A DNA stretch of 63,807 nucleotides, filler included, from Pirum gemmata (Eukaryota), in the NCBI GenBank assembly GCA_002812295.1. It is 14 parts of 14 records of this genome, joined end to end, with 100 filler letters (N's around TTAATTAATTAA, not from the genome) between each part and the next. Parts side by side here need not be neighbours in the genome. Positions count along the whole stretch, not along the records: positions 22,519 to 26,925 come from PDIN01001200.1; positions 27,026 to 31,369 come from PDIN01001201.1; positions 31,470 to 35,875 come from PDIN01001202.1; positions 35,976 to 40,360 come from PDIN01001203.1; 10 more parts are not named here. One strand, written 5' to 3'. Under the pieces are notes generated by a model that saw only the letters and a program-made list of their open reading frames with translations, searched no databases and was not told the DNA's origin. This document shows, piece by piece, positions 24,434 to 37,306 of the stretch (within the stretch, counting starts at the first letter, position 1; every line of letters starts with the position of its first letter). The translations under genes were made by a program, and so were the position numbers.

Positions 24434-26343
24434 GACTTGATAAAGCCAAACCCACATTCAAAATCCCCGATAACTTTATCAAATTCCTCTAACTTTACCC
24501 CTAAAACATTGGGGACACACGTACTTGCAAACAAAAAAGCACAAAAATTAAAAGCAGCAAAAAGTAAAAAAGTTCCTTTTAAATTCAATACATCAGCACG
24601 CATAATAATAGGAGTACAATATACTACAAGGGTTACACCAAACCAATTGGTAGCAGCAGAGATAGAGCAACCTTTACCTCTGTAATGTGTAGGAAAAATT
24701 TCTGCACATAAAACCCATACTGCAGCGCCCCAAGTCCCAGCAAAAATAAAACCAAATAGTGAAGAAAATAAAATTATAAGTATTCCGATACTTTCTGACT
24801 TTTCGTAATCCCCGAAAACAGAGAAAGTGAAAAGTGAAATAAATAAATCACAAATCATCATTCCCAAAGCGCCGATTTGCAAAATTTTTGCTCTTTCGAT
24901 TTTTTCAATGTAGCACAAAGAAATAACCACTGCAAGAAAAAAAGAAAAAGAAATGCCTAAGTTACCATACATGGCAGCACGTTCCCCAAAAAAGGTATGG
25001 ATCATAGTCGGGGCAAAAAAAGTAATCGCGTTGATAGAAGAGAGTTGCTGGAAAAGTTGAGCGCAACATGCAATGCTAGTACGAAACAACATGTTATTCT
25101 GGTTACTTAACATGTCCTTCCATTGCGTTTTATCCATCAACCTTGCCTCGTTCTCCCGGACAATAAAGCTAAATTCATCTTCCACTTCGGATAAAGTCGC
25201 TCGGTTACGCCTTAAAACTACCTTGGCTTGTGGTAACTTCTTTGTTAAAATCAACCATCTGGGACTTTCATCTGCGAAAACTAATAATAATATAATCATG
25301 AACAATGCCAAAATAACAGGGAAACCGTACGACACCCTCCAACCCCAATGTACGTTTTCTAGCCAAACACTAAAAAAAGCTGCTATAAAAATGAAAAAAG
25401 TTAAAGACATTTCTTGTATTGAAAGAGCAATTCCACGCATACTAACTGGTGCCATTTCCACTTGATACATTGGCCCGATACACGATAAGTTCCCTATAGC
25501 AAACCCTGTAATAAATCTACCACAATATAGCATTGTGATATTAACACACACAGTACTCAAGATTGAACCTAATATAACCAACAGAGAGGCAAATATAAAA
25601 GCATAGCGTCTACCTATTAGATCAGCTATTTTTCCTGCAACAAGCGAACCAAAAAATGCTCCTACGGAATACAGAGCCGTGATAAAACTAATTTGTGCTG
25701 TCACCCAACCGGTATTAGAGCTCAAAGGCCAATGCAGTTGTTCACGAAAGCCTTGCATAACAAAAGTAGCACCGGCACTACCTAAGGTGAACCCGAACAT
25801 CATACCTGCAATGGAGGCAATACAACAATTGAAAAACCAATTTTTTTTGTAATTTTTGTTGACATTACAGATTTTTTCATCCTTATCACTAACCTGAATA
25901 TCGATAGTATTAATGTTAATAATATTATGCGTATCCAGATTGTCTGTATCACTAGAATTAAGATTATCTTCTAGTAAAACATCTTCCATTAATTCACTGG
26001 ATTCAATATTCTTTTGATTATGGTGTTTAATAAATTTCATTTTATTGTTCTTGTTCTTATTATCTTGATTACTATGACTATCATTATGATTATTATTATC
26101 GATATTCATTTTGTTTATGTTATCCTTATCGTCAACGTAATTGCTATTGTTATTGTTATTCGCCATGCATATAAGTCCACTATTAGTATTTTCTAAACAC
26201 AATGACATGTTAATGTTGTTATAATTATAGAAAATGGCTTTGTCATTATGTGATTTTATCAATCTAACATTATTTACGCCGGATTTATCAACATTGTCAG
26301 TACAAATACAAGACACACTCTCTTTAATGATTATTTCACACAT
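24391..26343 (-). CDS. MFS sugar porter family transporter, intronless, with Asn-rich N-terminal extension
   Basis: Motifs GKIADLIGRR, GRFITG, PMYQVEMAPVSMRG, ESPRWL, QQLSSINAITFF and AEIFPTHYRG; many hydrophobic segments. Confidence 0.92.
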
Positions 26344-27112
26344 ACTGGATTATATATATTATATAATATTATCTTATCTGATTTAAAAAATTTAAAAAAA
26401 AAATAAAAAAATGTTTTTATATTGATTAAAATTAATTTATGTATTAATATTATTTTAAATCGTGCAAAATAGAACAGTAATTAAGTAATATTTTGTATTA
26501 AAAATAACTATTTCCATTAAATTTTAATAGAACAGTAAGTATGATGCAATTAATATTATAACTAGTTCTATTAAATTTTAGTAGTTAAAAATAATATTTA
26601 ATATTTATAATGTATATTGTTTTATGTGATATTATTATTACTATATGATTATTATTATTATTATTATTTTCAATTATTATTATGTATCATTATTAATTAT
26701 TATTATTATTATTTTATTATTATTAAAATATTATTATTGATGAATGTTATTGATTATTATTGATTATTATTGATTATTATTGATTATATTATTGTTTATT
26801 ATTGTTTATTATTCATTATTATTGATTATTGATTAATTAAATTAATTATTATATATTATATTATTGTCGTCCGGCGGCTCGAAGTATCCTCGAGCCGAGT
26901 TCGGTTCGTTATATAAATATTCGAGNNNNNNNNNNNNNNNNNNNNNNNNNNNNNNNNNNNNNNNNNNNNTTAATTAATTAANNNNNNNNNNNNNNNNNNN
27001 NNNNNNNNNNNNNNNNNNNNNNNNNTAACCCTAACCCTAACCCTAACTAACCCTAACCCTAGCCTTACTAAACCTTGCCCCTAACTCTATTACACCCTAA
27101 CCCTAACCCTAG

Positions 27113-27532
27113 GTATTAGTTCGATTGATAAAAACTGTTTTGAAAATATGCCCAAGCTAATGGCCTTGGATTTGCAAAAGAACAATATTCTTTCTCTTAG
27201 TCCTGATGCTTTTGATGGTGCACCCCTTTTGATATTAAATGACGGTTTACTGTTAGATATGCAAACGAAATGCACAGGTACTAATATCAACAAATACTAA
27301 TACTAATACTAATACTAATACTAATACTAATAATAATAATAATAATAATACAAAAACATGTACAAACGAAATGTACAGGTACTAATAACAAGTAATACTA
27401 ATACTAATAGTAATAATAATAATAATAATAATAATTATAATAATAATAATACAAAAACTATTACTAATGCTAGTGTTAGACATACAAACGAAATGTACAG
27501 GTACTAATATCAACTAATACTAATACTAATAC

Positions 27533-27569
<37 letters not shown>

Positions 27570-27708
27570 AATAATACAAAAACTAATACTAATACTAAAC
27601 TTAAAACTAATACTAATAATGTTAGATATACAAACGAAATGTACAGGTACTAATATCAACTAATACTAATACTAATACTAATGCTAATACTAATACTAAT
27701 ACTAATAC

Positions 27709-27741
<33 letters not shown>

Positions 27742-28049
27742 AAAAACTAATACTAATACTAATACTAATACTAATACTAATACTAATACTAATACTAATA
27801 CTAATACGAATACCAATGCTATTACTAATACTAATACTAATACTAATACTAACACTAATAAATGTTCAAGCACTAATATCCTAACCCTAACCCTAGCCCT
27901 TATTTACAGGCGCTAATATAAACTATTACTAATACTAATAATAATATTAATATTAATAAAACAAAAGCTAATACTGAAACTAATAATAATACTAATACTA
28001 ATACTAATACTAATGCTGATACTAATACTAACATATTAATACCAATACC

Positions 28050-28090
<41 letters not shown>

Positions 28091-28291
28091 AAAAGCAAAT
28101 GCTAAAACTAATACCAATGCTACTACCAATACTAATGCTGATACTAATAATTGTACAACTAATACTGATACTAATACTAGTAATCACAATAATAATACAA
28201 AAACTAATACTAATACTAATACTGAAACTAATAATAATACTAATACCGATACTAATGCTGGTACTAATATTAACATAATAAAACCAACACC

Positions 28292-28323
<32 letters not shown>

Positions 28324-30558
28324 AATAACTAATACTAATAATAACATATTAATACCAATACTAATACTAATAATAATTAATAATAATAATAATAATAATA
28401 CAAAAGATAATACTAAAACTAATACCAATACTAATACTAATACTAATGGTGATACTAATAATTGTACAGGTACTAATGTCAACTAATACTGATTCTAATA
28501 CCAATAATAACAATAATAATACTATAACTAATACTAAAACCAATACTAATAATAATTAATAATAATAATAATACAAAAGCTAATACTAAAACTAATACCA
28601 ACTCTAATACTAATACTAATGCTGATACTAATAATTGTACAGGTACTAATGTCAACTAATACTGATACTAATACCCTAATACCAATAATAACAATAATAA
28701 TACTAAAACTAATACTGAATACGAATGCTAATACCAATGCTGATACTAATACTAACATATTAATACCATTACCAATACCAATACTAATTAATAATAATAC
28801 AAAAGCCAATACTAAAACTAATACCAATGCTAATACTAATACTAATGCTGATACTAATAATCGTACAGGCTAACATCAACTAATACTAATACTAATACTA
28901 ATAATAACAATAATAGTACAAAAACTAATACTAACACTGAAACCAATAATAATACTAATAGTAATGGTAATGCTAATACTAATACTAGCATATTAATACC
29001 AATACCAATACTAAATAATAATAATAATAATAATAATACAAAAGCTAATACTAAAACTAATACCAATGCTAATACTAATACTAATGCTGATACTAAAAAT
29101 TGTACAGATACTAATATCTACTAATACTAATACTAACACTAATAGTAACAATAATAATACAAAAACTAATACTAATACTAATACTGAAACTAATAATAAT
29201 ACTAATACCGATACTAATGCTGATACTAATACTAATAATAATACTAATATTAATACTAATACTAATACAAAAGATAATACTAAAATTAATACCAATACTA
29301 ATACAAATACTAATGCTGATACTAATACTAACATATTAATACTAATACTAATACTAATACTAATACCAATAATAATAATAATACAAAAGCTAATACAAAA
29401 ACTAATATACTAAATACTAATACTAATACTAATGCTGAGACTAATACTAACATATTAATACCAATACGAATACTAATAACTAATACTAATCATATAACAT
29501 ACTAATATTAATATTAATGTTTAATATTAATATTAATATTTAATTTTAATACTAACACTAATACTGATACTAATACTAATACTAATACTAATACTAATAC
29601 TAATACTAATACTAATACTAATACTAATACTAATATTAATACCAATGATATACTAATACTAAAAACTAATTCTAATTACAACACAATAATACTAACAATA
29701 TTAACATTTAATATTAATACCAATTCTAATACTGATTCTAATAAATATTAATACTAACACTAATACGAATACTAACACTAATACTGATGCTATACTAATG
29801 AATTAATATATGTAATAAAGGTTATGGTTTTACTATTACAAATAGCACTTTATATGAAAGAGAAGAAAAACAATTCGAGTATATTGCTAATTGTACAACG
29901 CTTAACTTTACTAGTCTAGAACTACATGGTTTGGGTTTTGATATTTTTAAATATTCTAACTTGGAGATTTTAGATTTAAGTATTAATAAATTAATAACAA
30001 TTAATGTTCATAACCAAAAACGTAAATCCCAATTTGATTTAAAACAATTATATTTAAATAATAATTTAATTTCTAATTTAGTTGAAAGTGGTATTATGTT
30101 AATTGAAAATAAGTTGAACGTGTTGGAAATTAGAAATAATAATATGGATTGTTGTGAAATGGAAGTTGGTGTTGGAGGAATCGACTTATTATTTGAACAG
30201 CATACACAAGTTGTAGTAGATTGTAACTATAATACAACTAACAATAATATTGCTAATAGCTCTAATAGCGTTAATACCACAAGTAACACTGTTGTCGTGG
30301 TTAATAATAGCTTTGATAGTTTTAATACTTTTCTTGATGATTATAGGGCTGTATGTGTAAACGCTTATCCTATTGAAAATAAGAATGATGGTTTTAATAA
30401 TGTTATTGCTATTGTTGCCGGTGTTATATCAAGTGTGTTGGTTGCTGTTGTTGGAACTATAGTAATAATTTATATAATGAAAAAGAAAAAAAAGAAAAAA
30501 GATTTGTTATACGGGAAAAGTGTTATGGAATTTGTAATGAATACTGAATCAAGTAATA

Positions 30559-30591
<33 letters not shown>

Positions 30592-30824
30592 TGGAATATT
30601 ATGAAGCAAGTAGTAAGGATATAGGAGAGAATAGTATAGATAATAATGTTAGCTATTTTAACATGGGAGGAGTTAGAATTGATAACTTGGACGCAAATAC
30701 AAACGTTAATAAAACTGTTGATTACGAATATTGTGTAGCAGACACTTATGCAAATGGGGGAGTTATTGAATTGAATGAGTATGAAACACCTTCAGATGAA
30801 AATGTTGAATATTACAATTGTTAG
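27113..30824 (+). CDS. Single-pass LRR receptor-like protein with Tyr-rich cytoplasmic tail; 5' partial; exons 27113-27277 and 29821-30824
   Basis: The exon missed by the ORF track reads ISSIDKNCFENMPKLMALDLQKNNILSLSPDAFDG...QTKCT. A phase-1 join gives KCT|GYGFTITNSTLY...NCTTLNF, matching a module of the 9084-13032 protein. C-cap NNNMDCC; TM VIAIVAGVISSVLVAVVGTIVIIYIM followed by poly-K. Confidence 0.82.
27278..29820 (+). repeat. 2.5-kb intron made of (TACTAA)n/(AAT)n with repeated copies of the donor region
   Basis: GT at 27278 and AG at 29819-29820; internal copies of tgtacag|gtactaat. Confidence 0.75.
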
Positions 30825-30927
30825 TTGAAAAGTAAATGAAATGCAAAAGTGTTAACGATATTAATGTATTTTTAACTAATTAATAGAAATACTTAATTAG
30901 TAGTAGCAGCAGAGTAGTAGCAGCAGC

Positions 30928-30961
<34 letters not shown>

Positions 30962-31059
30962 TTGGTGGTGGACTAATGTTGAAGATGACCTGCACTGTTA
31001 TGCAAATGTGGGAGTTATTGAATTGAATGAGTATAAAACAGTTTAGATGAAATTTACAC

Positions 31060-31127
<68 letters not shown>

Positions 31128-31615
31128 AAGTACTAGCTTCAGTCCTAGTAGTGGTAGTAGTAGTAGTAGTGGTAGTAGTAAGGTATTGTTCTATGATGCA
31201 TATTAAAAAATTAAATAAAAAAGAAATCGTTATAATTTGTTTTTGTTTATTAAATAAAACCTCTAATTTAGAGAAACAATTAACATACTTGGATTGTACA
31301 ATTGTATTGGTCATTTTAGGGTTAGGGTTAGGGTTACAGTTACTTAGGGTAACAGATAGTAATAACAATNNNNNNNNNNNNNNNNNNNNNNNNNNNNNNN
31401 NNNNNNNNNNNNNTTAATTAATTAANNNNNNNNNNNNNNNNNNNNNNNNNNNNNNNNNNNNNNNNNNNNTTTTGTTTTTGTTATTGATTTTTGTTTTGGT
31501 TTTCTTTGGTTTTTATAATAATTTTATTGATTTTAATATCCCTAAAGTCATAATTGAATAATTTTTTAAAAAAATACTATTAGTTTATACAACAATATTT
31601 ATTTTCAAAATTGAA

Positions 31616-33532
31616 ATGTTTTTCAAATTTTTTACTATTGCTGTGGCAATGACTAGTACCATCGGTGCTACAGCCCATAAATTTATAAGTAGCAGGATTT
31701 ATACAAACCCAACTTGTACTCAATCTAATGAAATTATTACTTCAACTCCTTTAGATCATTGTACAGAAATGTTTGATGGAAATTTCATGAAGTTTACCAC
31801 CGAAAACGGCCAATTTAAAATGGTTGAATATTCTGATACTTATTGTCAAACAGAAATTAAAAAAGTAAATTATGAAATCAATTTTTCTATCGGAGAATGC
31901 CACCCTTTACCAACTGGGGAAGTTGGGCGTTATATTAAGTATTCGAATGATGAATCAAACTTAACTTCTGTTCCTAGTACTGGTTTAAACAGAGACCGAC
32001 GTGGGATTTTTGGTGGTGCGGTTAATGGTATTCGCCATGTAATTTCTAATTTGGTGAACTCGATCGAAGATGTAGCTTTAGGAAAAGGTTACGACTTGGC
32101 ACATTACGAATCCGATTACTTCATATGCAGAGTAAACGCTACAGAAAGTTGTTCTTTAACTTCTCTTAGAAGGCAACAAGCTTTATTCTCGGAGAATGAA
32201 AGTGGCCACAAAAATGGATGGATAATTGTACCAGGTGGTGATGGTCGCTGTTTGGATGGAACCCCTTTTGCGTTTCAAGTTTTCCCTGGTCAAACTGACC
32301 GCATGTGGATGCATTTTCAACAAGGAGGCGCCTGTTTTGATTATTTAACTTGTGTGGAGTTTCCGACCGCCATCACTCGTTTTCTTCCTGAGAAATCTGG
32401 AATCTTAGATTTTAGTAAAAAAGATGCAAATCCTGTAGTTGAACATGGAATGACCGCTGTTGTTAACAATTTTTGTTCAGGTGATGTCTTTGCTGGTGAT
32501 AGCGTGTACGAAGCTCATAATCCTGAAGGTACCAAGAACGCCACTATTTACTTTGCAGGAGTAAACAACACTAAAACGGTATTAAATTGGATCAAAGCGA
32601 ATGAAGAAGAATCTGCTACACCTTTATTAAAAACTATTTCTGGGTCCAGTGCTGGAAGTATTGGTGCTTTCTTATGGATGAATCACATTGCAGAACGCTT
32701 TAATGGTTTTCACCGTGTTATTTTGGATAGTTACGTTGGTTTGTTTCCAAAAGAGTTGGGTACTTTAGTTGAACGTTTTGGTGCTTGCCATAATATAATT
32801 CCAGTTTTAGGTTTTGGTGAAGCTGAAAAACAGGCTTGCGAACAAAAAAAACTATACGATTTACCAGCTTTAATGAAATCGAATATGGAAAAAAATCCTA
32901 ATATTTATGTGCACTATGTTGGCTCAGCTTCGGATCTTGTTCAAAAATTATTTTATTCCCTAGTGTTTTTTGGTGCAACTCGGTACAAATCCTTAGTAGA
33001 GTTTGCAATGACTTTGAGTTCAATTTCTTCCAGTTTTTCTGAGAAGCAAGCAACCATTTTAGCAGAAAATGATCTTGTGGTTCCCTTCTTTTCTAGCTAC
33101 ATCAAACCGGATTCCCAGAAGCATGTTTTTGTAACTAATGCAGTTTTTTACTTTTCTAGTGATATTTTCTCTAGTGTGTTTAATTTTTGTAATATCCACA
33201 TCGCCACAACCCACCATTCCTCCAAAACCACAGTACTCGCAGGTTCATCTACTACTGATGTCGCAACCTCCACCGCTGCTTCTGATTCTTTGTTAGAAGA
33301 AATTAGAACTTCTGCCATGCAAGAACAACCAGAAACAGTTAGCAGTAGTAGTAATAGTGAATTTGATATCAAAAACCCAAAAGTTGCTATTGGTTTAGCT
33401 GGGACTTTTTTTACCGTTAGTGTCGTTGTAATTGGCTGTGTTGGTGCTTATGCCAGAAGCCATAAGGTTCTCAATGAAGCTAGTACTGATGATTTAGAAA
33501 CGGCTAAATTAGTTCAATACGGTTCTATATAA
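31616..33532 (+). CDS. Membrane-anchored pectin acetylesterase/Notum-like alpha/beta hydrolase
   Basis: Signal peptide; family motifs CLDGTPF, QGGACFD, FCSGDVFAG and nucleophile elbow GSSAG; candidate Asp (SDLVQ) and His (KHVF); Ser/Thr stalk; C-terminal TM helix. Confidence 0.8.
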   Translation: MFFKFFTIAVAMTSTIGATAHKFISSRIYTNPTCTQSNEIITSTPLDHCTEMFDGNFMKFTTENGQFKMVEYSDTYCQTEIKKVNYEINFSIGECHPLPTGEVGRYIKYSNDESNLTSVPSTGLNRDRRGIFGGAVNGIRHVISNLVNSIEDVALGKGYDLAHYESDYFICRVNATESCSLTSLRRQQALFSENESGHKNGWIIVPGGDGRCLDGTPFAFQVFPGQTDRMWMHFQQGGACFDYLTCVEFPTAITRFLPEKSGILDFSKKDANPVVEHGMTAVVNNFCSGDVFAGDSVYEAHNPEGTKNATIYFAGVNNTKTVLNWIKANEEESATPLLKTISGSSAGSIGAFLWMNHIAERFNGFHRVILDSYVGLFPKELGTLVERFGACHNIIPVLGFGEAEKQACEQKKLYDLPALMKSNMEKNPNIYVHYVGSASDLVQKLFYSLVFFGATRYKSLVEFAMTLSSISSSFSEKQATILAENDLVVPFFSSYIKPDSQKHVFVTNAVFYFSSDIFSSVFNFCNIHIATTHHSSKTTVLAGSSTTDVATSTAASDSLLEEIRTSAMQEQPETVSSSSNSEFDIKNPKVAIGLAGTFFTVSVVVIGCVGAYARSHKVLNEASTDDLETAKLVQYGSI

Positions 33533-33866
33533 TTAATCGATTAATTGAAATTGAGTCGTTGTATATGTATGAGAAGAAAAACTTATTTCCTTCTTTATCG
33601 CCAGTTAGTTATTTTTAAAGCTTTGGATTGTATTCAGTAATATGGTGAATTGTGTAATCTTTATAATATATATTTATATTATATGATATTATGTCTTTAG
33701 GGTTTTTGTCTTTGCTTTTTCAAAAATTGAAAATAAAAAAAGCCAATTAAATCAAAAATATAATTTTTTTATTTTTTTATTTTATTCTTATAAAATAATT
33801 TATAATTTTATTCTTATAAATCTTTATCTAATGTAAAACTATAAATATATAATTACATTAATTTTT

Positions 33867-33901
<35 letters not shown>

Positions 33902-33903
<2 letters not shown>

Positions 33904-35659
33904 AATTAAAGTTCAACTCTTGTCCCCAAGCTTGACAAGATTTTGAATATTGTTCACCAACACTGTTTAATGTACCGTTATCATTGAACAAACGTAAGTC
34001 ATAAGTACCACCAGCCATGTTTTCTTGAAACCAAGATAACCCTGCTATAGCAGGACGACCATCGTCAGCTCTAGCGGACATAACTCTCTTCATAATTTCT
34101 TCAACAAAAGATGCCATACCATTAGGTAATTCCTCACTGGGTGGGCAAGAATTACCTTTTTGTTTATTAGCAGGAAATTTTTGGCTTTCGCCATTTGGGA
34201 TACAAGCAGCATCAGGAGTATCCATAGCACAATTTAACATACCTATTTCGTTAACAATCGCTCCTTTCAGATTTGGAAAATCATTCATAAGTTTAATAGT
34301 GGCATCTATTTTAGCTTGGAAATCACGGTAACCCCCAGTTGACTCAGGACGACAATCTTGTGCATAAAAATGCCAGCCAATGTGACTAGGACAACCACAC
34401 TCGGGACTTGTGCAAGTTTCAGTGCAAGCTAGTTCTAGAAAGCTGCGTATATAATCCATGTTAACAGCAACTAAAGGAGAGCTTTGATATTTATATCCTT
34501 TCTTCCAAGCTGCCTTAGCTGTTGTTTTCCATGCTTCAACAACCTTTACCGCACATTCTGGGTGATCTTTAAATAATGTCGGTAAAGGTTGGTTACCGCT
34601 TTCAGGACAAAATTGTACTGGCCAAAAACCAACACCGGTGGCATGAGATTCAGAATAACAATTACATCGACCATTGGGTGGTGGATCAACATGTACACCT
34701 GGTTCGCCCTTTATTTGTGCTGTAGGACATGTATTATTATCATAGTCGGATTGAATGCAACTTTGCGTACACATACCCATCATTGTCCCCATACAAGAGC
34801 CTGTCATATCTGGCTCATTGGCACCTAGCAAAATATTGGCCATAGTAGCTGGACTAGTACCGTTAGAAGTACTGAAACCACTGATTCCTGCATCTTGAAG
34901 TTTAGCTTCCTCAATTGGATCTACCCCCCAAATTTCAGGCATAAATACGAATTCATCACTAAGATATTGCATGCCCTCCCCTTGGTCAGCCAGAGTAAAA
35001 TCCCAGTTCCAATATGATACTTTGTTAATTGAACTACTTTTCTTTAAATCGTTCACTAACTTCGTCATTTCTGAATCCATGGTATTATTAGCATTTACAC
35101 CAGGAAGGGTGCCTAGCAAACCACACCCCCAAATTGGATAATCAGAAAAGTCAGTAAAAGTACTATTTTTTGGTTTAGATATTGGTGCTGGTGTCTCGAC
35201 TGGTGTTGGTGATGTTGGTGGTGTTGGTGATTCTGGTGCTGGTGAGTCTATTGAATCAGATGGGCACATAATCTCATTAGTAGGTGCGTCTGTTGAATCA
35301 GATGGGCATACAATCTCACCAGAATATTCATTATCTTCACAAACACCAGCACATTTATGTAAGTATTTTTGTAATTTAGCTTCGTCTACATCAGTTTCAG
35401 TTGTACCATCCCACTTCCCTGATGCCATGAACTTTAAAAGTTGCATTTGACTTTTACACGATGGTTTAAGATCAGATGGGGGAACCTCAGATGGGGGAAC
35501 CCCGGATGGGGGAACCCCAGATGGGGTGTCACCAGAAGCACCAGTACATTGAACAGCTTTTACAGAGGAATAAGTACTACTTCCGCCGTATAACTGACAA
35601 CATTTACTATAATAGTTGCATCCCAAACCACCATGGGCGCAATCTGGATTGTATTGAAC
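33902..35659 (-). CDS. GH128-like beta-1,3-glucanase with N-terminal Cys module and Pro/Ser linker (last exon; 5' partial)
   Basis: YWNW, FVFMPEIWG, ILLGANEPD (acid/base Glu), HIGWHFYA, IVNEIG (nucleophile Glu), SWF and LFNDNGTLNSVGEQY. Acceptor tttAG at 35661-35660 extends the frame by VQYNPDCAHGG. Confidence 0.8.
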
Positions 35660-36847
35660 CTAAACATAATTATTATATGGTTAAAAATAAATATTTAGTT
35701 AGAAATCGACTTTCATTATAATTTCAGAAACAGGAAGTATGTTATTTTCAGGATAAATGTACAAATAGTCTAAATATATATATTACTATTTTTAAAAAAT
35801 AATAAGAGTAATAAAAACAATATAATAATATTATTATTATTTCAATAATAAAGTATATAATAATAATAATAATAANNNNNNNNNNNNNNNNNNNNNNNNN
35901 NNNNNNNNNNNNNNNNNNNTTAATTAATTAANNNNNNNNNNNNNNNNNNNNNNNNNNNNNNNNNNNNNNNNNNNNTTTTTTTTTATTATTATTATTATTA
36001 TTAATTAAATGTAATATTATATTTTAAAAAAGTTTTATTGTTTTTTCAAAATTAAAAGTTACAATACTAGTAATAATAAATTAATATTTTGTAAAAAAAT
36101 ATCAATAAAAAAAAAAAAAAAAAATACATCAAGCAGGATGAAAATGGCGACATTATTATTCACAGGGTAAATTATTGGAAAGTCCGACTGGTTGTTATTG
36201 GGACCATCGATTTTATGGATTCTAATAATAAAACTATCAGACAAGTTTTAATTAATTTGATATATTATAATCCAAATTATAGAACGTCTTGGTCATTTTT
36301 TAAAAAAATTAAATATAAAATAAATAATGATAATATTATAATATATTATGTTGATTTTGTCCTTGAGGATAATTTCCAACAAGTCATATTTTGCTCTAAC
36401 TAAAGGTATATGGTAGACTGTAGTCTATACTGTATATTATTATCGTAGTCAAAACTTGGCTTCAGTCTATCATACGCCGACTCTTTCACAAACGAGGGGT
36501 TTCTTTCTTTCTAATTTTAATTTTTTTAATTAAAAGTGAAAGAAAGTGTACACCCACTTTCTGAAATTAATCTGAGCCGCTTTCAACTTTTCGTCCAGGC
36601 CTACATACATACTCGGAGAGGAGACTCCTACAGAATGCAGACTCCAAAAAAATATTTATTTGGTTGGTTATGATATTTAATAAATTGATTTTTTTAAAAA
36701 AATGAATAAATAGATAATAACATATTATACCAAATTAAAGGAAATGGATTTATTCTCTTTTTTTTTATATTTTATGATGACAAAACTGAAAAGCACGATA
36801 ATATTAATTAAATTTATAAATTATTTAATTTTATATTTTTTTATTAT

Positions 36848-37036
36848 TATCGTCTTTTTCATTTATTTTGTCACTCTGAATATTTATTTGGAGGGTTATA
36901 ATCTTTAAATCGACATTTTCAAATAAATACACAAATAATAAAAAATACCAAATTAAATTAAAAGGATTTATATTGTATTAATTTGGTACTATTTATTGTT
37001 TATTTTATGATGACAAAACAACTGAAAAGCACTAGA
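36848..37036. mobile_element. MITE family A copy (a partial copy is adjacent at about 36650-36799)
   Basis: TATCGTCTTTTTCATTTATTTTGTCA...TGACAAAACAACTGAAAAGCAC. Confidence 0.75.
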
Positions 37037-37306
37037 CTATAAATTTTGTTATTTATACTAGACTAGAGAGAGTCTAGACTAAATAGAATTTGGAAACAAC
37101 GTGAAAGAAAGACTGTGAAAGTGCACAACTACTACTATTTCTGTGTATTCCAGGTATTCCCTCCAAAGACTCCTTTTTCCTGGGGTCTTTGATCCCCTCA
37201 CTATTCCTACAGTATTCGGAAAATTATTATTATTTTATTCAATCACCTAGTCTTACTAGAAATATAACTATATTAGGGTCTTCTTTAGAAAGAGAGTCGC
37301 TGGTAA

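Noticed and set aside
26868..26925. GC-rich hairpin or possible LTR start at a scaffold end
   Set aside because: Truncated by the linker; too little sequence to classify.
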